DNA of 63,705 nt, filler included, from Lama guanicoe (GCA_013239625.1; 208 parts of 208 records of this genome joined end to end with filler, not necessarily neighbours in it); one strand, 5' to 3'; shown: positions 1 through 13,770, numbered from the whole stretch's first letter. Notes: generated by a model not told the origin, from the sequence alone. A program made the numbers and translations.

Positions 1-206
1 GAAGTTGAAAATGTTAGCAATAAGCTTGCCTTCTATTTTTCATTGTATCTCCTGTTCCTTTGTGTATTCTTCTTAAGAATCCAATTGAAACTTGCATCTT
101 TTTAGAGACTGTGTGAAATGTGACTCCTGCCGTGCTTTCTAAGAATACCTATTTAAAATAATATTTTAGATCTTGTAGCTAGTTTACGTTATTCCAGGTC
201 ATGTAA

Positions 207-306
207 NNNNNNNNNNNNNNNNNNNNNNNNNNNNNNNNNNNNNNNNNNNNTTAATTAATTAANNNNNNNNNNNNNNNNNNNNNNNNNNNNNNNNNNNNNN
301 NNNNNN
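207..306. other. Synthetic contig-joining linker N44-TTAATTAATTAA-N44 (first of 207 copies, one every 306-307 nt across the window)
   Basis: Identical 100-nt spacer. The palindromic 12-mer (251-262 here) gives TAA in all six frames. It produces the XXXX-LIN tails in the ORF track. Confidence 0.99.
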
Positions 307-512
307 CTTGGCTATTGTAAATAGTGCTGCTCTGAACACTGGGGTGCATGTATCTGTTTGAATTAGAGTTCCCTGTAGATATATGCTCAAGAGTAGGATT
401 ACTGGATCATAGGGTAAGTCTGCTTTCAGTTTTTTAAGGAATCTCCATACTGTTTTCTATAATGGCTGTACCAAACTATATTCCCACCAACAGTGTAGGA
501 GGGTTCCCTTTT
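307..512 (-). mobile_element. LINE-1 fragment (3' part of ORF2)
   Basis: CTTGGCTATTGTAAATAGTGCTGC...CTCCATACTGTTTTCTATAATGGCTGTACC...TTCCCACCAACAGTGTAGGAGGGTTCCCTTTT is typical antisense L1. Confidence 0.9.
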
Positions 513-918
513 NNNNNNNNNNNNNNNNNNNNNNNNNNNNNNNNNNNNNNNNNNNNTTAATTAATTAANNNNNNNNNNNNNNNNNNNNNNNNNNNNNNNN
601 NNNNNNNNNNNNTTTCATATAGTTTGTTAAAGTTATCACATTACTGTACTTGTGATAATTACAGAAGGAAAAATACAAATATAATTTAGATAAGTTCTCA
701 AAATTTTATTTTCATGCTACATTTTTTTATAAAGAAATATATATTCTGTATGTCTGTTTGGCACGGGACCACAGACATGGGAAGAGGCAGCGTTTATTTA
801 CGTAACTCCCTATTAATANNNNNNNNNNNNNNNNNNNNNNNNNNNNNNNNNNNNNNNNNNNNTTAATTAATTAANNNNNNNNNNNNNNNNNNNNNNNNNN
901 NNNNNNNNNNNNNNNNNN

Positions 919-1124
919 TTCTGACACCACCTACCCGGAGATAGAGTCAGATTCCACAGGTTAAGAAGTCAGTTCCAAGTCCAGGTTGTTACCTTTGCTT
1001 CTGATCTACGGGCTGAAGACTGGCAGTTCGACCACCGCCGCCAAATCAGATGCCAACTGAAAGTCCAGGTGGTTTTCTGTACTTCTGACCAACTGGCTGT
1101 AAATCAGAGGTTCCCAGGACCTCC
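919..1124. mobile_element. ERV LTR fragment, MER21-like
   Basis: TTCTGACACCACCTACCCGGAG...CAGATTCCACAGGTTAAG...ACTTCTGACCAACTGGCTGTAAATCAGAGGTTCCC resembles recalled MER21-group LTRs. Confidence 0.6.
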
Positions 1125-3060
1125 NNNNNNNNNNNNNNNNNNNNNNNNNNNNNNNNNNNNNNNNNNNNTTAATTAATTAANNNNNNNNNNNNNNNNNNNN
1201 NNNNNNNNNNNNNNNNNNNNNNNNACAGCCTAGTTTGAAGATGGAAAAAAATCGAGTTGTACCAAACACAGTAGTGTGTGCGTCGGTTGGTAAAGGGCAT
1301 TTTGTGTTTATGGTAAAGATGAAAAGATACCATACATTTCATCCTTAACGTGTGACTTTTTTTTATCTTCCTCCTCACCCACCTCCCATTTTGTTACTTC
1401 TAGAAACTTTGGAACCTCAGGAAGCGAAGCNNNNNNNNNNNNNNNNNNNNNNNNNNNNNNNNNNNNNNNNNNNNTTAATTAATTAANNNNNNNNNNNNNN
1501 NNNNNNNNNNNNNNNNNNNNNNNNNNNNNNTAAGCTACCAAGCGTGATAATTTGTTACAGCTCTAGTGTTTTATGGTCAATTTGGGAACTGCATTGCTCA
1601 GAATCTGTTTTTCTGTATGGCCCCAGGTTAGCATTCCTAAAAGTGAAGTTATGTGGGATTTGAGGGTCTGGGAGTGGGGTAGCATCCCTTACACTCTGAA
1701 GGTCATCTGGTGACAAGCTGAGACACGTCAGAGACCNNNNNNNNNNNNNNNNNNNNNNNNNNNNNNNNNNNNNNNNNNNNTTAATTAATTAANNNNNNNN
1801 NNNNNNNNNNNNNNNNNNNNNNNNNNNNNNNNNNNNCTACATGTTGAATATTCATGAAGTGTGATGAGCGTCACGTTGCAGATGAATAAGCAGACGCGCA
1901 GAGCTTAACCCACCGGCCTTCAGTCTGACAGCCCGAGGGGCCGAGGTAGTCCACCTGAAGCGGGCTGACCCCCAGCTTCCCAGCCGCCACGATGCACTGA
2001 GCGCTGGAGGGGAGCTGGGCACACATCACGCATTTTCCCTTTNNNNNNNNNNNNNNNNNNNNNNNNNNNNNNNNNNNNNNNNNNNNTTAATTAATTAANN
2101 NNNNNNNNNNNNNNNNNNNNNNNNNNNNNNNNNNNNNNNNNNAAGGGCTGTTACAAATGAGGGATTCTGTTTATACATAGTCTAACCGAACGTGCGTACT
2201 AGATTTTGTTTAAATTATTCAATCCTTTCTAAAGTGCCCTCAGTTAAGACCAACGATAAAAAGTCCAGTTCTGGCATGGGGGTCCCAGAAGACTGAAAAA
2301 ATCACCTATGTCATCAAGAAGTCAGGGCTGACTGGGGGAAAGGGGGCTNNNNNNNNNNNNNNNNNNNNNNNNNNNNNNNNNNNNNNNNNNNNTTAATTAA
2401 TTAANNNNNNNNNNNNNNNNNNNNNNNNNNNNNNNNNNNNNNNNNNNNCCTACAGCCCGGGGCAGATAGGATCCTTCCACCCTGGTCCCTCAGGGAACTT
2501 GCTGCACAAAGACAACCAAGGAGCTGGGTTTTGGCTCGGAGCAGGGACAAGGCTGTCCCTGGGTCTTCCCGAGCCCACCTGCGGAGCGCCGACCAGGGCG
2601 GCGCAGGTAGACGGAGAGCGGCCCCCCGCCTGTCAGGCAGGAACACAGCCCCTGNNNNNNNNNNNNNNNNNNNNNNNNNNNNNNNNNNNNNNNNNNNNTT
2701 AATTAATTAANNNNNNNNNNNNNNNNNNNNNNNNNNNNNNNNNNNNNNNNNNNNCTTGAAGCCATAATAATGTTCCATCAGAGGAGTCCAATCAGGGGAA
2801 CACCACTGAGAAGCTCACAAGCAATGCCACAGCACTCAGAAAGAGCCCAGGTCTGGGACTGCCTTCTTGACCCTGTTCCTACTCAACTTCAAGGCCTTTT
2901 GGTGGCTTACTTTCTGTGGTTTCTTATTGGTTTCACTCCTGAAGCCAGTGCTCCTTTTCTNNNNNNNNNNNNNNNNNNNNNNNNNNNNNNNNNNNNNNNN
3001 NNNNTTAATTAATTAANNNNNNNNNNNNNNNNNNNNNNNNNNNNNNNNNNNNNNNNNNNN

Positions 3061-3266
3061 AGAATACAGCATATAGAATGTAGAATATATATTGTAGAAC
3101 ACAGAATATACAATATAGAAAAAAGAATACAGAACACAAATTTTAGAACATGGAATGCAGGACAGAATATTGAAGAAAGAATACAGAAATAGAATGTAGA
3201 ATTTAGAATTCAGAACACAGAAAATAGAATAAAGAAAAAAGAATTCAGAACCCAGAATTTAGAACA
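3061..3266 (+). repeat. Degenerate short-unit (~7 bp, TAGAATA/CAGAACA) satellite
   Basis: AGAATAC/AGAATGT/AGAACAC units fill the whole contig. Same family at 8875-9080 and 52448-52653. Confidence 0.9.
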
Positions 3267-3672
3267 NNNNNNNNNNNNNNNNNNNNNNNNNNNNNNNNNN
3301 NNNNNNNNNNTTAATTAATTAANNNNNNNNNNNNNNNNNNNNNNNNNNNNNNNNNNNNNNNNNNNNGCTCAGCAGTGACTTAGGGATCTTGAGCCTGGAT
3401 CTCATTCCTGCATTGTGGATGCATGCTGAAATTTCAGGTTGAGTGTTCATACTTTTACTGATTAATCATCTTCCCCAGACAGCTCATTTCCTTTGTGTAT
3501 TGATGGATTTCTGTTCTCTTAACCAACAAACCTTAAACCTTTCCTATTAACGCTCCTCCCTCTCTACCTACTNNNNNNNNNNNNNNNNNNNNNNNNNNNN
3601 NNNNNNNNNNNNNNNNTTAATTAATTAANNNNNNNNNNNNNNNNNNNNNNNNNNNNNNNNNNNNNNNNNNNN

Positions 3673-3878
3673 ATAAAAGCTATATAATCATCTTAGCAGA
3701 TATACAAAAAGCCTTAAATGTGAACATCTATTCATAATAATTTTTTTATAAAAAACCTCTTGGTAAACTAGGAATGCAAAGGCACTGTATTATCCTGAAA
3801 AAGCATTTCTACAAAAACATGTACTAATTACCAGTGAACCACTAAAATCATTATTTTTTAAGTCAGAAAGACAAAGGT
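3673..3878 (+). mobile_element. Old LINE-1 ORF2 reverse-transcriptase fragment (degenerate)
   Basis: Follows the IISIDAEKAFD..HPFMIK.L.KLG....PL.SG.RQG stretch of L1 ORF2, with many substitutions and indels. Confidence 0.75.
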
Positions 3879-4386
3879 NNNNNNNNNNNNNNNNNNNNNN
3901 NNNNNNNNNNNNNNNNNNNNNNTTAATTAATTAANNNNNNNNNNNNNNNNNNNNNNNNNNNNNNNNNNNNNNNNNNNNTGAATTGGTAGACAGTGACAGA
4001 ATGTCCTGAAATATTCGCTCAGCTCCAACACATCACTAGGGTGCTGACTCAACTTTTGGCTCCAGAGAAGACATAATGAGAAACTTGCCACTGCCTTTCC
4101 TGTAATCTCACAACCTTGAAGCTTTAGACCTTAATCTGGGTGGCCCCCCTTTTATGATGGTTGGACTTCACAATGGTGGGAAAGNNNNNNNNNNNNNNNN
4201 NNNNNNNNNNNNNNNNNNNNNNNNNNNNTTAATTAATTAANNNNNNNNNNNNNNNNNNNNNNNNNNNNNNNNNNNNNNNNNNNNAATGGAATCATGCTGG
4301 GCTCCTTCACTTAACATACTATTTTCAAGGTTTTTTCATGTTGCGGCATGTATCAGTACTTCATTTGATTTTACTGCTGAATAATA

Positions 4387-4490
4387 GAGATGATCCTCGA
4401 CTTATAATGGTTTAATTTATGATTTTTCAACTTTACAATGTTGCAAAAGTGGTGTGCATTCAGTAGAAACCATACTTCAGATTTTGAATT
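4387..4490. mobile_element. MER47/Tigger-type DNA transposon end, inserted in an old L1
   Basis: TA followed by GAGATGATCCTCGACTTATAATGG...GATTTTTCAACTTTACAATG...GCATTCAGTAGAAACCATACTTC. Upstream 4285-4386 looks like an antisense old L1 3' region. Confidence 0.7.
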
Positions 4491-6732
4491 NNNNNNNNNN
4501 NNNNNNNNNNNNNNNNNNNNNNNNNNNNNNNNNNTTAATTAATTAANNNNNNNNNNNNNNNNNNNNNNNNNNNNNNNNNNNNNNNNNNNNCGAGGGAAGG
4601 GCTCACAGAAACAGGCGCTTCTCCCCGCCTGGGCAGTGCCAGCGGGGGTGGGACATCCACGTCCCGCTCGCAGGAAGGGGTCCTGCGCTGATTCCTCAGG
4701 GGGGTGCGCCCTTCGGGGGAGATGACAGAGGACCCAGGCCAAGCCGTGGAGGCCGAGGCGCCCTGGAGGGGGACCGGGGGCCCAGGAGGCCGGAAGNNNN
4801 NNNNNNNNNNNNNNNNNNNNNNNNNNNNNNNNNNNNNNNNTTAATTAATTAANNNNNNNNNNNNNNNNNNNNNNNNNNNNNNNNNNNNNNNNNNNNCTCC
4901 AGTTTATCTCTGTTTTCTTTGTTCTTTGTGCTTTTGGGGTCATATCTAAGACCTGAGATATTTTATATAAACTTTCTATATAAAATAACTGAATTCTTAG
5001 GACCGTTCTAGGAGACGGGTGCTGCTGTTGTCCCCAGTCTATGGATGAGGAGGCTGAGATGCAGAAAAGCTCACTGACTTCTCAGGGGCACAGCTACTTG
5101 GTNNNNNNNNNNNNNNNNNNNNNNNNNNNNNNNNNNNNNNNNNNNNTTAATTAATTAANNNNNNNNNNNNNNNNNNNNNNNNNNNNNNNNNNNNNNNNNN
5201 NNAGGAAATTAAATGACAGGGAAGGAGAGACTGATTCTATCTCCATTCCCATGAATTCAGTGAAACAGTGTTTCAAGACCTGGAAGGATACTGCAGCTGC
5301 TCCAGGGAATGGTGGTTGATGGTGCTCATGCTGTTGTAGACAAAGCTACTGCACAGAAGCACGGCCAGGGCAAAGATCCATGAATCCTTCTTAGACTCAT
5401 CCTAGAAANNNNNNNNNNNNNNNNNNNNNNNNNNNNNNNNNNNNNNNNNNNNTTAATTAATTAANNNNNNNNNNNNNNNNNNNNNNNNNNNNNNNNNNNN
5501 NNNNNNNNCATAATAATTGTCCTCTTATTATGGTCATTGTTGATTAAATCAATTGCCATGCCATATCCTTTTTTTTTATAGCTGTTATTAAAGTATGTTA
5601 AGAAATTATTTATATCAAGAGTTTTCAGAATGTGCTCTATGGGGCTATAGGGTTGTACAAAAATATCCCAGGTGCTACCAAGGAGCCAGAGTGGGCTTGA
5701 CGGGTAGAGTATAANNNNNNNNNNNNNNNNNNNNNNNNNNNNNNNNNNNNNNNNNNNNTTAATTAATTAANNNNNNNNNNNNNNNNNNNNNNNNNNNNNN
5801 NNNNNNNNNNNNNNGTCCCAGAGCCGCCCACCCTCGAAAGAGAGTCCTGGGATACTGGCTGAGACTTCAGGGTCCTATGGCTAAATGTCCTCCTCCTACA
5901 GATGGGGAAACTGAGGCCCAGAAACTGGGCCCAAGACCCAAGACCCACCTCTTCTGACTTTGAACTAGAGTAATTCATTCAACAGTAAATAGTCATTGGA
6001 CACCTCCTGTGGGCCAAGGANNNNNNNNNNNNNNNNNNNNNNNNNNNNNNNNNNNNNNNNNNNNTTAATTAATTAANNNNNNNNNNNNNNNNNNNNNNNN
6101 NNNNNNNNNNNNNNNNNNNNTCCAGCCCAAGGCTGAGCTTGCCAGGTTTCTGCCCTATACTCTGTTCTTGGGAAGCAAGCCACTACATGCCAGTCACACT
6201 CCAGGGATGAGGGTAGACTTAAGCACCACCTCCCCGAGGCCAGGAGATCTACATAAATTATGTAGAATTTTTCTGTAAGGAAGATTGGTCTCTTTCCACT
6301 GCCTTCAGTTTTACCAGCCGTTTACCNNNNNNNNNNNNNNNNNNNNNNNNNNNNNNNNNNNNNNNNNNNNTTAATTAATTAANNNNNNNNNNNNNNNNNN
6401 NNNNNNNNNNNNNNNNNNNNNNNNNNTCCTAACTCCATCAACTTCTCAGCGGAGGAGCTCAATCGCCCCTCCTGCCTTCCTCCCTTCTGGACATGGCTGT
6501 GTTTGGGCATCTGCAGGAGTACCGTTGACAGCCTCCTGGAATAAGTTGGTTAAGAGCTATGGTTCAGCCAGAGCAATGGTTTGGACACTTGTAGGAGTAC
6601 AGGTTCAGGCTGCTCTGTCTCCTTCCCTGCAANNNNNNNNNNNNNNNNNNNNNNNNNNNNNNNNNNNNNNNNNNNNTTAATTAATTAANNNNNNNNNNNN
6701 NNNNNNNNNNNNNNNNNNNNNNNNNNNNNNNN

Positions 6733-6938
6733 AATAGTTTTATTAGCTCTAATAGTTTTTATGTGGAGCTTTTAGGGTTTTTGGTATAATGTATCACATC
6801 ATCCTCATATAATGACAGCTGCTTCTCTTCCACTTTGAATCCATTTTATTTCTTTTTCTTGTCTAAATGCTATGGCTAGGACTTCCAAAACCATATTGGA
6901 TACAAGTGGTGAGAGTGGGCATCCTTGTTTTGTTCCAG
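6733..6938 (-). mobile_element. LINE-1 ORF2 RT core fragment
   Basis: Reverse complement follows [28 protein letters not shown]...DD of the L1 RT domain. Confidence 0.9.
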
Positions 6939-8874
6939 NNNNNNNNNNNNNNNNNNNNNNNNNNNNNNNNNNNNNNNNNNNNTTAATTAATTAANNNNNN
7001 NNNNNNNNNNNNNNNNNNNNNNNNNNNNNNNNNNNNNNAAAACAATAAAGGATGGATTAATGGGGGTGTTAGTTTTCACAAATAGTCACCTTAACCGGTT
7101 CAGACTACCTGTCACGGTCAACAGAGCTAGCATTTTAGGTTGAAACTGAAGCCACACACACAGCAAGATCCCAGGCAGCGGGGATCCCATCCCACATCCC
7201 TTGTGTCCCCTTCCCACAGGCAGCCAGACTGCTTCCTGAACCCTNNNNNNNNNNNNNNNNNNNNNNNNNNNNNNNNNNNNNNNNNNNNTTAATTAATTAA
7301 NNNNNNNNNNNNNNNNNNNNNNNNNNNNNNNNNNNNNNNNNNNNGTGAGCAATCCAGTGGACTTCTCTGCCCCCCAGTGGCTACAAGCACACATTTTCCA
7401 ACGAAGTCTAAAGTTCAGCTTTGCACAGGGGGCCCCCTTCCGAGAGTCTCCTTTGGGTACTCTCCCTCAGCCCTAGCGAATTCTTTGAGTTTTCTCTTCA
7501 ACTCTGTAATCACTCTCCTATTGGAGCAAATTATTTTTGTATTAAAATTCNNNNNNNNNNNNNNNNNNNNNNNNNNNNNNNNNNNNNNNNNNNNTTAATT
7601 AATTAANNNNNNNNNNNNNNNNNNNNNNNNNNNNNNNNNNNNNNNNNNNNTGCACCCACTGGAATGCTCAAGTTCAATAACTCACTCAGAAAATACTACG
7701 TCAGGCTGTGTGCCAGGGATCTGGGGCAAAGGGGAATAAAACACAACCAAACGGGACAGACAGACCAACTAACAGTCGACTGCAGTCTCACAATTTTATA
7801 TGAGACTTCTGCCAAACACAGCAGCAAGACAGGACGGTGAGGAGCACAAGGGAAAGNNNNNNNNNNNNNNNNNNNNNNNNNNNNNNNNNNNNNNNNNNNN
7901 TTAATTAATTAANNNNNNNNNNNNNNNNNNNNNNNNNNNNNNNNNNNNNNNNNNNNATGTCCTAGGAAGTCATTGTAAATTAAGATTAGGTGTGAAAACA
8001 CTTGGTAAACTACAAACTGCAGTTAACTATTTTTAAAAAAAATCTGTAGACTTATCTGACTCTTTAAATTACTCATGATTTCACCCCTCACTTTTAAGAA
8101 GCGTACTTAGTCGTTCTAGAATTATACTGCATTTCAGTAATTTGCAAGAAATTATTATTGTANNNNNNNNNNNNNNNNNNNNNNNNNNNNNNNNNNNNNN
8201 NNNNNNTTAATTAATTAANNNNNNNNNNNNNNNNNNNNNNNNNNNNNNNNNNNNNNNNNNNNAGTTCATTTATTTATTGTAGATTGTCCGTAATTTTTAA
8301 ACTTTGAATTGCGATTCCCTGAGAGTTGTGAATTTTTGTGTGTGTGTGTGTGAGCTGTGTGTGAAAGGACTGGAATGGGAATGAATGGAAACGTCACTCT
8401 CTGAGCTGTCATCAGGGTTTCCTGGAAGTTTCTTTCAGATGTGTGTGTCTGTGCGGCTGTGATTAACANNNNNNNNNNNNNNNNNNNNNNNNNNNNNNNN
8501 NNNNNNNNNNNNTTAATTAATTAANNNNNNNNNNNNNNNNNNNNNNNNNNNNNNNNNNNNNNNNNNNNAAAAAAACAAGGGAGGGCATGTGGTTGGTTGT
8601 TGCAAACTTCTTGCTGTAGGCATTCTTTGTTCTTGCAGCCATTCACGAGGGCCAGGGCATGGTGTTCCTGTAAACTTACAATAAAATAAAGGTTTTTCTC
8701 TATTTTGCAACTTGCAATCTCCACTTAAGTGCAGAAGTGCTAACATCCTTAAAGGTCAGAGCCCTGAGAATAGGNNNNNNNNNNNNNNNNNNNNNNNNNN
8801 NNNNNNNNNNNNNNNNNNTTAATTAATTAANNNNNNNNNNNNNNNNNNNNNNNNNNNNNNNNNNNNNNNNNNNN

Positions 8875-9080
8875 ACTGAATATACAATTTAGAATATAGA
8901 ATGTAGAACACAAAATATAGAATGTAGAGAAGAGAATATAGAATGCAGAATTAAAAACATGGAATGCAGAACACAGAATATACATTATAGATTACAGAGT
9001 ACTGAATAAAAATTCACAATATAGAAAGTTTATTACAGAATATAGAATAGAGAATTTAGAACATGGAATGCAGAACACAG
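8875..9080 (+). repeat. TAGAATA-type satellite fragment
   Basis: Tandem AGAATAT/AGAATGT/AGAACAC units. Shares the motif AACATGGAATGCAG with 3061-3266. Confidence 0.9.
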
Positions 9081-11957
9081 NNNNNNNNNNNNNNNNNNNN
9101 NNNNNNNNNNNNNNNNNNNNNNNNTTAATTAATTAANNNNNNNNNNNNNNNNNNNNNNNNNNNNNNNNNNNNNNNNNNNNTTCTGCTCAGCACCAAAGTT
9201 GCCTCATCTTCCTTTCAAAATGGGATTGCAGATGGAGTAGGTTGTTTCCAGAAGGGCCTACACCGGTTGGTTTTGGATGGATCCACTAGTTACTGTGGAA
9301 CATTCAAATCATGGGGCACCATCACCTAACAGCCAACAAACCAACCAACAAAACTCACCGATGCGCCCCGGGCGGCTTGCACGGCGNNNNNNNNNNNNNN
9401 NNNNNNNNNNNNNNNNNNNNNNNNNNNNNNTTAATTAATTAANNNNNNNNNNNNNNNNNNNNNNNNNNNNNNNNNNNNNNNNNNNNAGCTGGGGCACTCC
9501 TGAATGACAGAGGGTACTCTTACTAAATATGCTGAGCATAAATGGGTATAAACTGTGTACTTCGAAGACCAATGTGGTCAGAAAGGGCTGTCAGCAAACC
9601 CTTAAGGTTGGAAGCACAAATGGGAAATAAATGGCAGAAATACCATGAAATGTGAAGGCCAAGGGCCATGTAGTGGTTTTAGGAACTGTGGTNNNNNNNN
9701 NNNNNNNNNNNNNNNNNNNNNNNNNNNNNNNNNNNNTTAATTAATTAANNNNNNNNNNNNNNNNNNNNNNNNNNNNNNNNNNNNNNNNNNNNATTCCCTA
9801 ATTCTAGAGCAGAGAGAAGACATGACTTTTTATCTCATCAAATTACATCATTTCTACTTGGAATTTCCCACAGAAGTATAAAGTTAATTTAAAAACACCT
9901 AAAATGTGGGGTTCTCATTGATTCCTGGAGTGAACATTTCAAAACATCTGTGAATTGAGAGGGTCCTTGTTTCTTTTTCCCTAATTATATCTTTTTTGNN
10001 NNNNNNNNNNNNNNNNNNNNNNNNNNNNNNNNNNNNNNNNNNTTAATTAATTAANNNNNNNNNNNNNNNNNNNNNNNNNNNNNNNNNNNNNNNNNNNNCA
10101 ACACCGGGTCCCCAAGTCCTCAACCCCCATCCTGGCTTAGTCACATCAGACAAAAGGAATCTTAAAGGAATTCCAAACTTCATTAGCATCTCTATGATTT
10201 CCATATCTAAAAGGGAAGTCATCCCCCTTGCAACATCTCCCCCAATTCTCTCCCTCTCTTGCTCCGTTCCTCATGCTGCTCCACTTTCTGCAAAATCTAA
10301 TTTTNNNNNNNNNNNNNNNNNNNNNNNNNNNNNNNNNNNNNNNNNNNNTTAATTAATTAANNNNNNNNNNNNNNNNNNNNNNNNNNNNNNNNNNNNNNNN
10401 NNNNCCCCTCCGTGGGGGCTCTGCTCTGCTCCCAGCTCCCAGGCTGGGTGGGACGGTCTTGGGGACAGTGCCAGGAGAGAGGGGCTGCTCCTCCTCGGGG
10501 CGGGGGGGCGGTTGAGGGGCTGGGGACAGGGCTGAGACATCTCCCCCTTGGTTCTCCCCGTCAGGCTGCCCAGGCTGCAGAAGCACCCAGAGACCTCCTC
10601 AAACACCAAANNNNNNNNNNNNNNNNNNNNNNNNNNNNNNNNNNNNNNNNNNNNTTAATTAATTAANNNNNNNNNNNNNNNNNNNNNNNNNNNNNNNNNN
10701 NNNNNNNNNNGTTAATTGATTTAATAGAAACAAACATATATGTGTGTAAAATAAAAAAACGATGTAACGATGTAATGAATAATGATGACACAAGGAATAT
10801 ATGATCGATCCTTCAGAGGTGCATAGTGACAGAAAGAATGTGGTGGTCTGGGCGGATTGAAGGAAGACCATACAGGAGGCATGATGTGAAAAATACACGG
10901 CTTAAGAATGAGATAGNNNNNNNNNNNNNNNNNNNNNNNNNNNNNNNNNNNNNNNNNNNNTTAATTAATTAANNNNNNNNNNNNNNNNNNNNNNNNNNNN
11001 NNNNNNNNNNNNNNNNATATGCTATAGCTCACCACGTGTGTGCTTTAAGAATTATGTGAAATTCTGTTGTCTGCAATCTATGAAAACGATACTAGAATAT
11101 TTTTTTATCCTGTTGATGTGGTTTGTGCTTTATGTTTCCAGATTTATTGAAGTACAGTAGACAATTTAAAATTATATATATATATTTAAGGTATGCAACA
11201 TGATTTTGTTTATATACATAGTNNNNNNNNNNNNNNNNNNNNNNNNNNNNNNNNNNNNNNNNNNNNTTAATTAATTAANNNNNNNNNNNNNNNNNNNNNN
11301 NNNNNNNNNNNNNNNNNNNNNNGGGCCAGAGGAGGGTTGGGGCTAAACAGACAGACTGGGGAGGAAGTCAGCTTGCAGGTGCCGGGCTCCCTCAGGTCAC
11401 AGAGACACTCATGCTGCGTGAGCGGGAGTCATCTCAGACCTCACCTCCTCCTGTCAGTTCTCTGTTGCTGCAAAACACATACCCACTGACGGAGCGACGT
11501 AAAACAACACACATTTATCCTTCCACAGNNNNNNNNNNNNNNNNNNNNNNNNNNNNNNNNNNNNNNNNNNNNTTAATTAATTAANNNNNNNNNNNNNNNN
11601 NNNNNNNNNNNNNNNNNNNNNNNNNNNNGATCAGATGTATAAAATGAAACTATCAACTTCATTTCACAAAGCTGACTAGAACGCTTGGATCAGATGCATG
11701 GCCGCATTGATTTCTTCATAAATTTCCTTCTTACTTTGTTTATCCCATCCAGCAAGATAGAGGTGATGAATGACAGATCTTCCCGCCAAGAGTCTGCCTC
11801 AAGACGATGGCATCATGGTGACCTGCAGACCAGGNNNNNNNNNNNNNNNNNNNNNNNNNNNNNNNNNNNNNNNNNNNNTTAATTAATTAANNNNNNNNNN
11901 NNNNNNNNNNNNNNNNNNNNNNNNNNNNNNNNNNGGTCTTGGGCCTTCGCCCTCCAG

Positions 11958-12020
11958 CACTTCATCTCTGACTTCCACGTCTCCCCTGATGGCATGTTCG
12001 ACAGGATCTTCAAGACCTCG
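11958..12020 (+). CDS. Candidate 63-nt internal exon (HFISDFHVSPDGMFDRIFKTS if phase 0), gene unidentified
   Basis: Pyrimidine-rich CCTTCGCCCTCCAG acceptor, TCG|GTGAGG donor, length a multiple of 3, open frame with C/G-ending codons. Confidence 0.55.
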
Positions 12021-13770
12021 GTGAGGGGGGCACACTCCCTGTCAGGCGGCGCTCATAGCTCCAAATGCACCTTTGTGCAGAATTGCAAAGGGCACCCCCT
12101 CTGGGCGGGCCAGCCACAGAAAAGCCGACCTGCACCCAGANNNNNNNNNNNNNNNNNNNNNNNNNNNNNNNNNNNNNNNNNNNNTTAATTAATTAANNNN
12201 NNNNNNNNNNNNNNNNNNNNNNNNNNNNNNNNNNNNNNNNTGATTGTGACAAGCAAGAAGCAGGAGCAATCGTGTGTTCCCACTCATAGAGTCAGAATTA
12301 TCCTCTATTCTAATTAAAAAATTTGTTAGGATACACATGAGCAATGGGGAGATCAGCCCCTATTAACAAGTGATTGATTTAAAACATATTCTAAATAATA
12401 GACTTGGATACTATAATAATTTAGAACTGTCAATCAAAAACAACAANNNNNNNNNNNNNNNNNNNNNNNNNNNNNNNNNNNNNNNNNNNNTTAATTAATT
12501 AANNNNNNNNNNNNNNNNNNNNNNNNNNNNNNNNNNNNNNNNNNNNTAACTAGATCGCAGGTTTCCCGACTCGAAGTGCTGACACTTTCCCGTGTAATTT
12601 TCACCACATCAGTCACTTTCATCTAGCGGTTCTGGGTATCCGTCCAATTGTCTTGTCAAATCCCCATTATGCACGCTGGCTCGTAAGCAGCACACGGCTT
12701 CACGGAAACCACTGCTCAATCTAACATCTCATTTTCTCTCCCGTTTCCATCTNNNNNNNNNNNNNNNNNNNNNNNNNNNNNNNNNNNNNNNNNNNNTTAA
12801 TTAATTAANNNNNNNNNNNNNNNNNNNNNNNNNNNNNNNNNNNNNNNNNNNNAAAAGAGAACTCAGCCTTTCCTAAGAGTGTTTTTGGCCAAAAATCACT
12901 GATGGGGTAACTGGATTTTAGTATAAATACTTAGGTAAAAGTGAAGGGAACAAAACTCTACTGGAAATGACATTAGCAGGGACAAATGTTACTCCACTGA
13001 ATTTTGCAGAATTTCCTTTACAACAATATGTCAAGTAGTAAATCATTTCATCATTTTCNNNNNNNNNNNNNNNNNNNNNNNNNNNNNNNNNNNNNNNNNN
13101 NNTTAATTAATTAANNNNNNNNNNNNNNNNNNNNNNNNNNNNNNNNNNNNNNNNNNNNTGTATGAATGGATTCATGCAGTATCTACTCTATTTTGTCTGA
13201 CTCCTTTCATTCAGTGTAATTATTTTCAGAGTTATCTGTGTTGCTGTGGGTATTAATAGCTTATTTTTCTTATAGCAGAGTATTGTTTACTGCTCAGTTA
13301 TTGCTGAGTAGTTTATTGTGAGCAGTGTTTGGATAGGCCATTTGTTTCTCCATGTACTTCTTGANNNNNNNNNNNNNNNNNNNNNNNNNNNNNNNNNNNN
13401 NNNNNNNNTTAATTAATTAANNNNNNNNNNNNNNNNNNNNNNNNNNNNNNNNNNNNNNNNNNNNAAAAAAAAAAACCTGACAGTCAAAGGGACTGAACAG
13501 ACAATATTTAATGCACCTATGAAAATGTTAAAATAACTCAAGTGTACCACCCCTGGAAGATCTCATTTTGAAATAGGATTTTTAATTCCTGGAGATGAAA
13601 ATAACTCCTAAGAATCGACTCATATTTGTAAAGGTTGATTTAAAACATGAAATTGTTAAAAAAAAAAAAANNNNNNNNNNNNNNNNNNNNNNNNNNNNNN
13701 NNNNNNNNNNNNNNTTAATTAATTAANNNNNNNNNNNNNNNNNNNNNNNNNNNNNNNNNNNNNNNNNNNN

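Noticed and set aside
11629..11834. Pyrimidine tract plus CAG followed by an open frame (KIEVMNDRSSRQ...)
   Set aside because: No donor within the contig and no recognisable protein, so it is compatible with chance.
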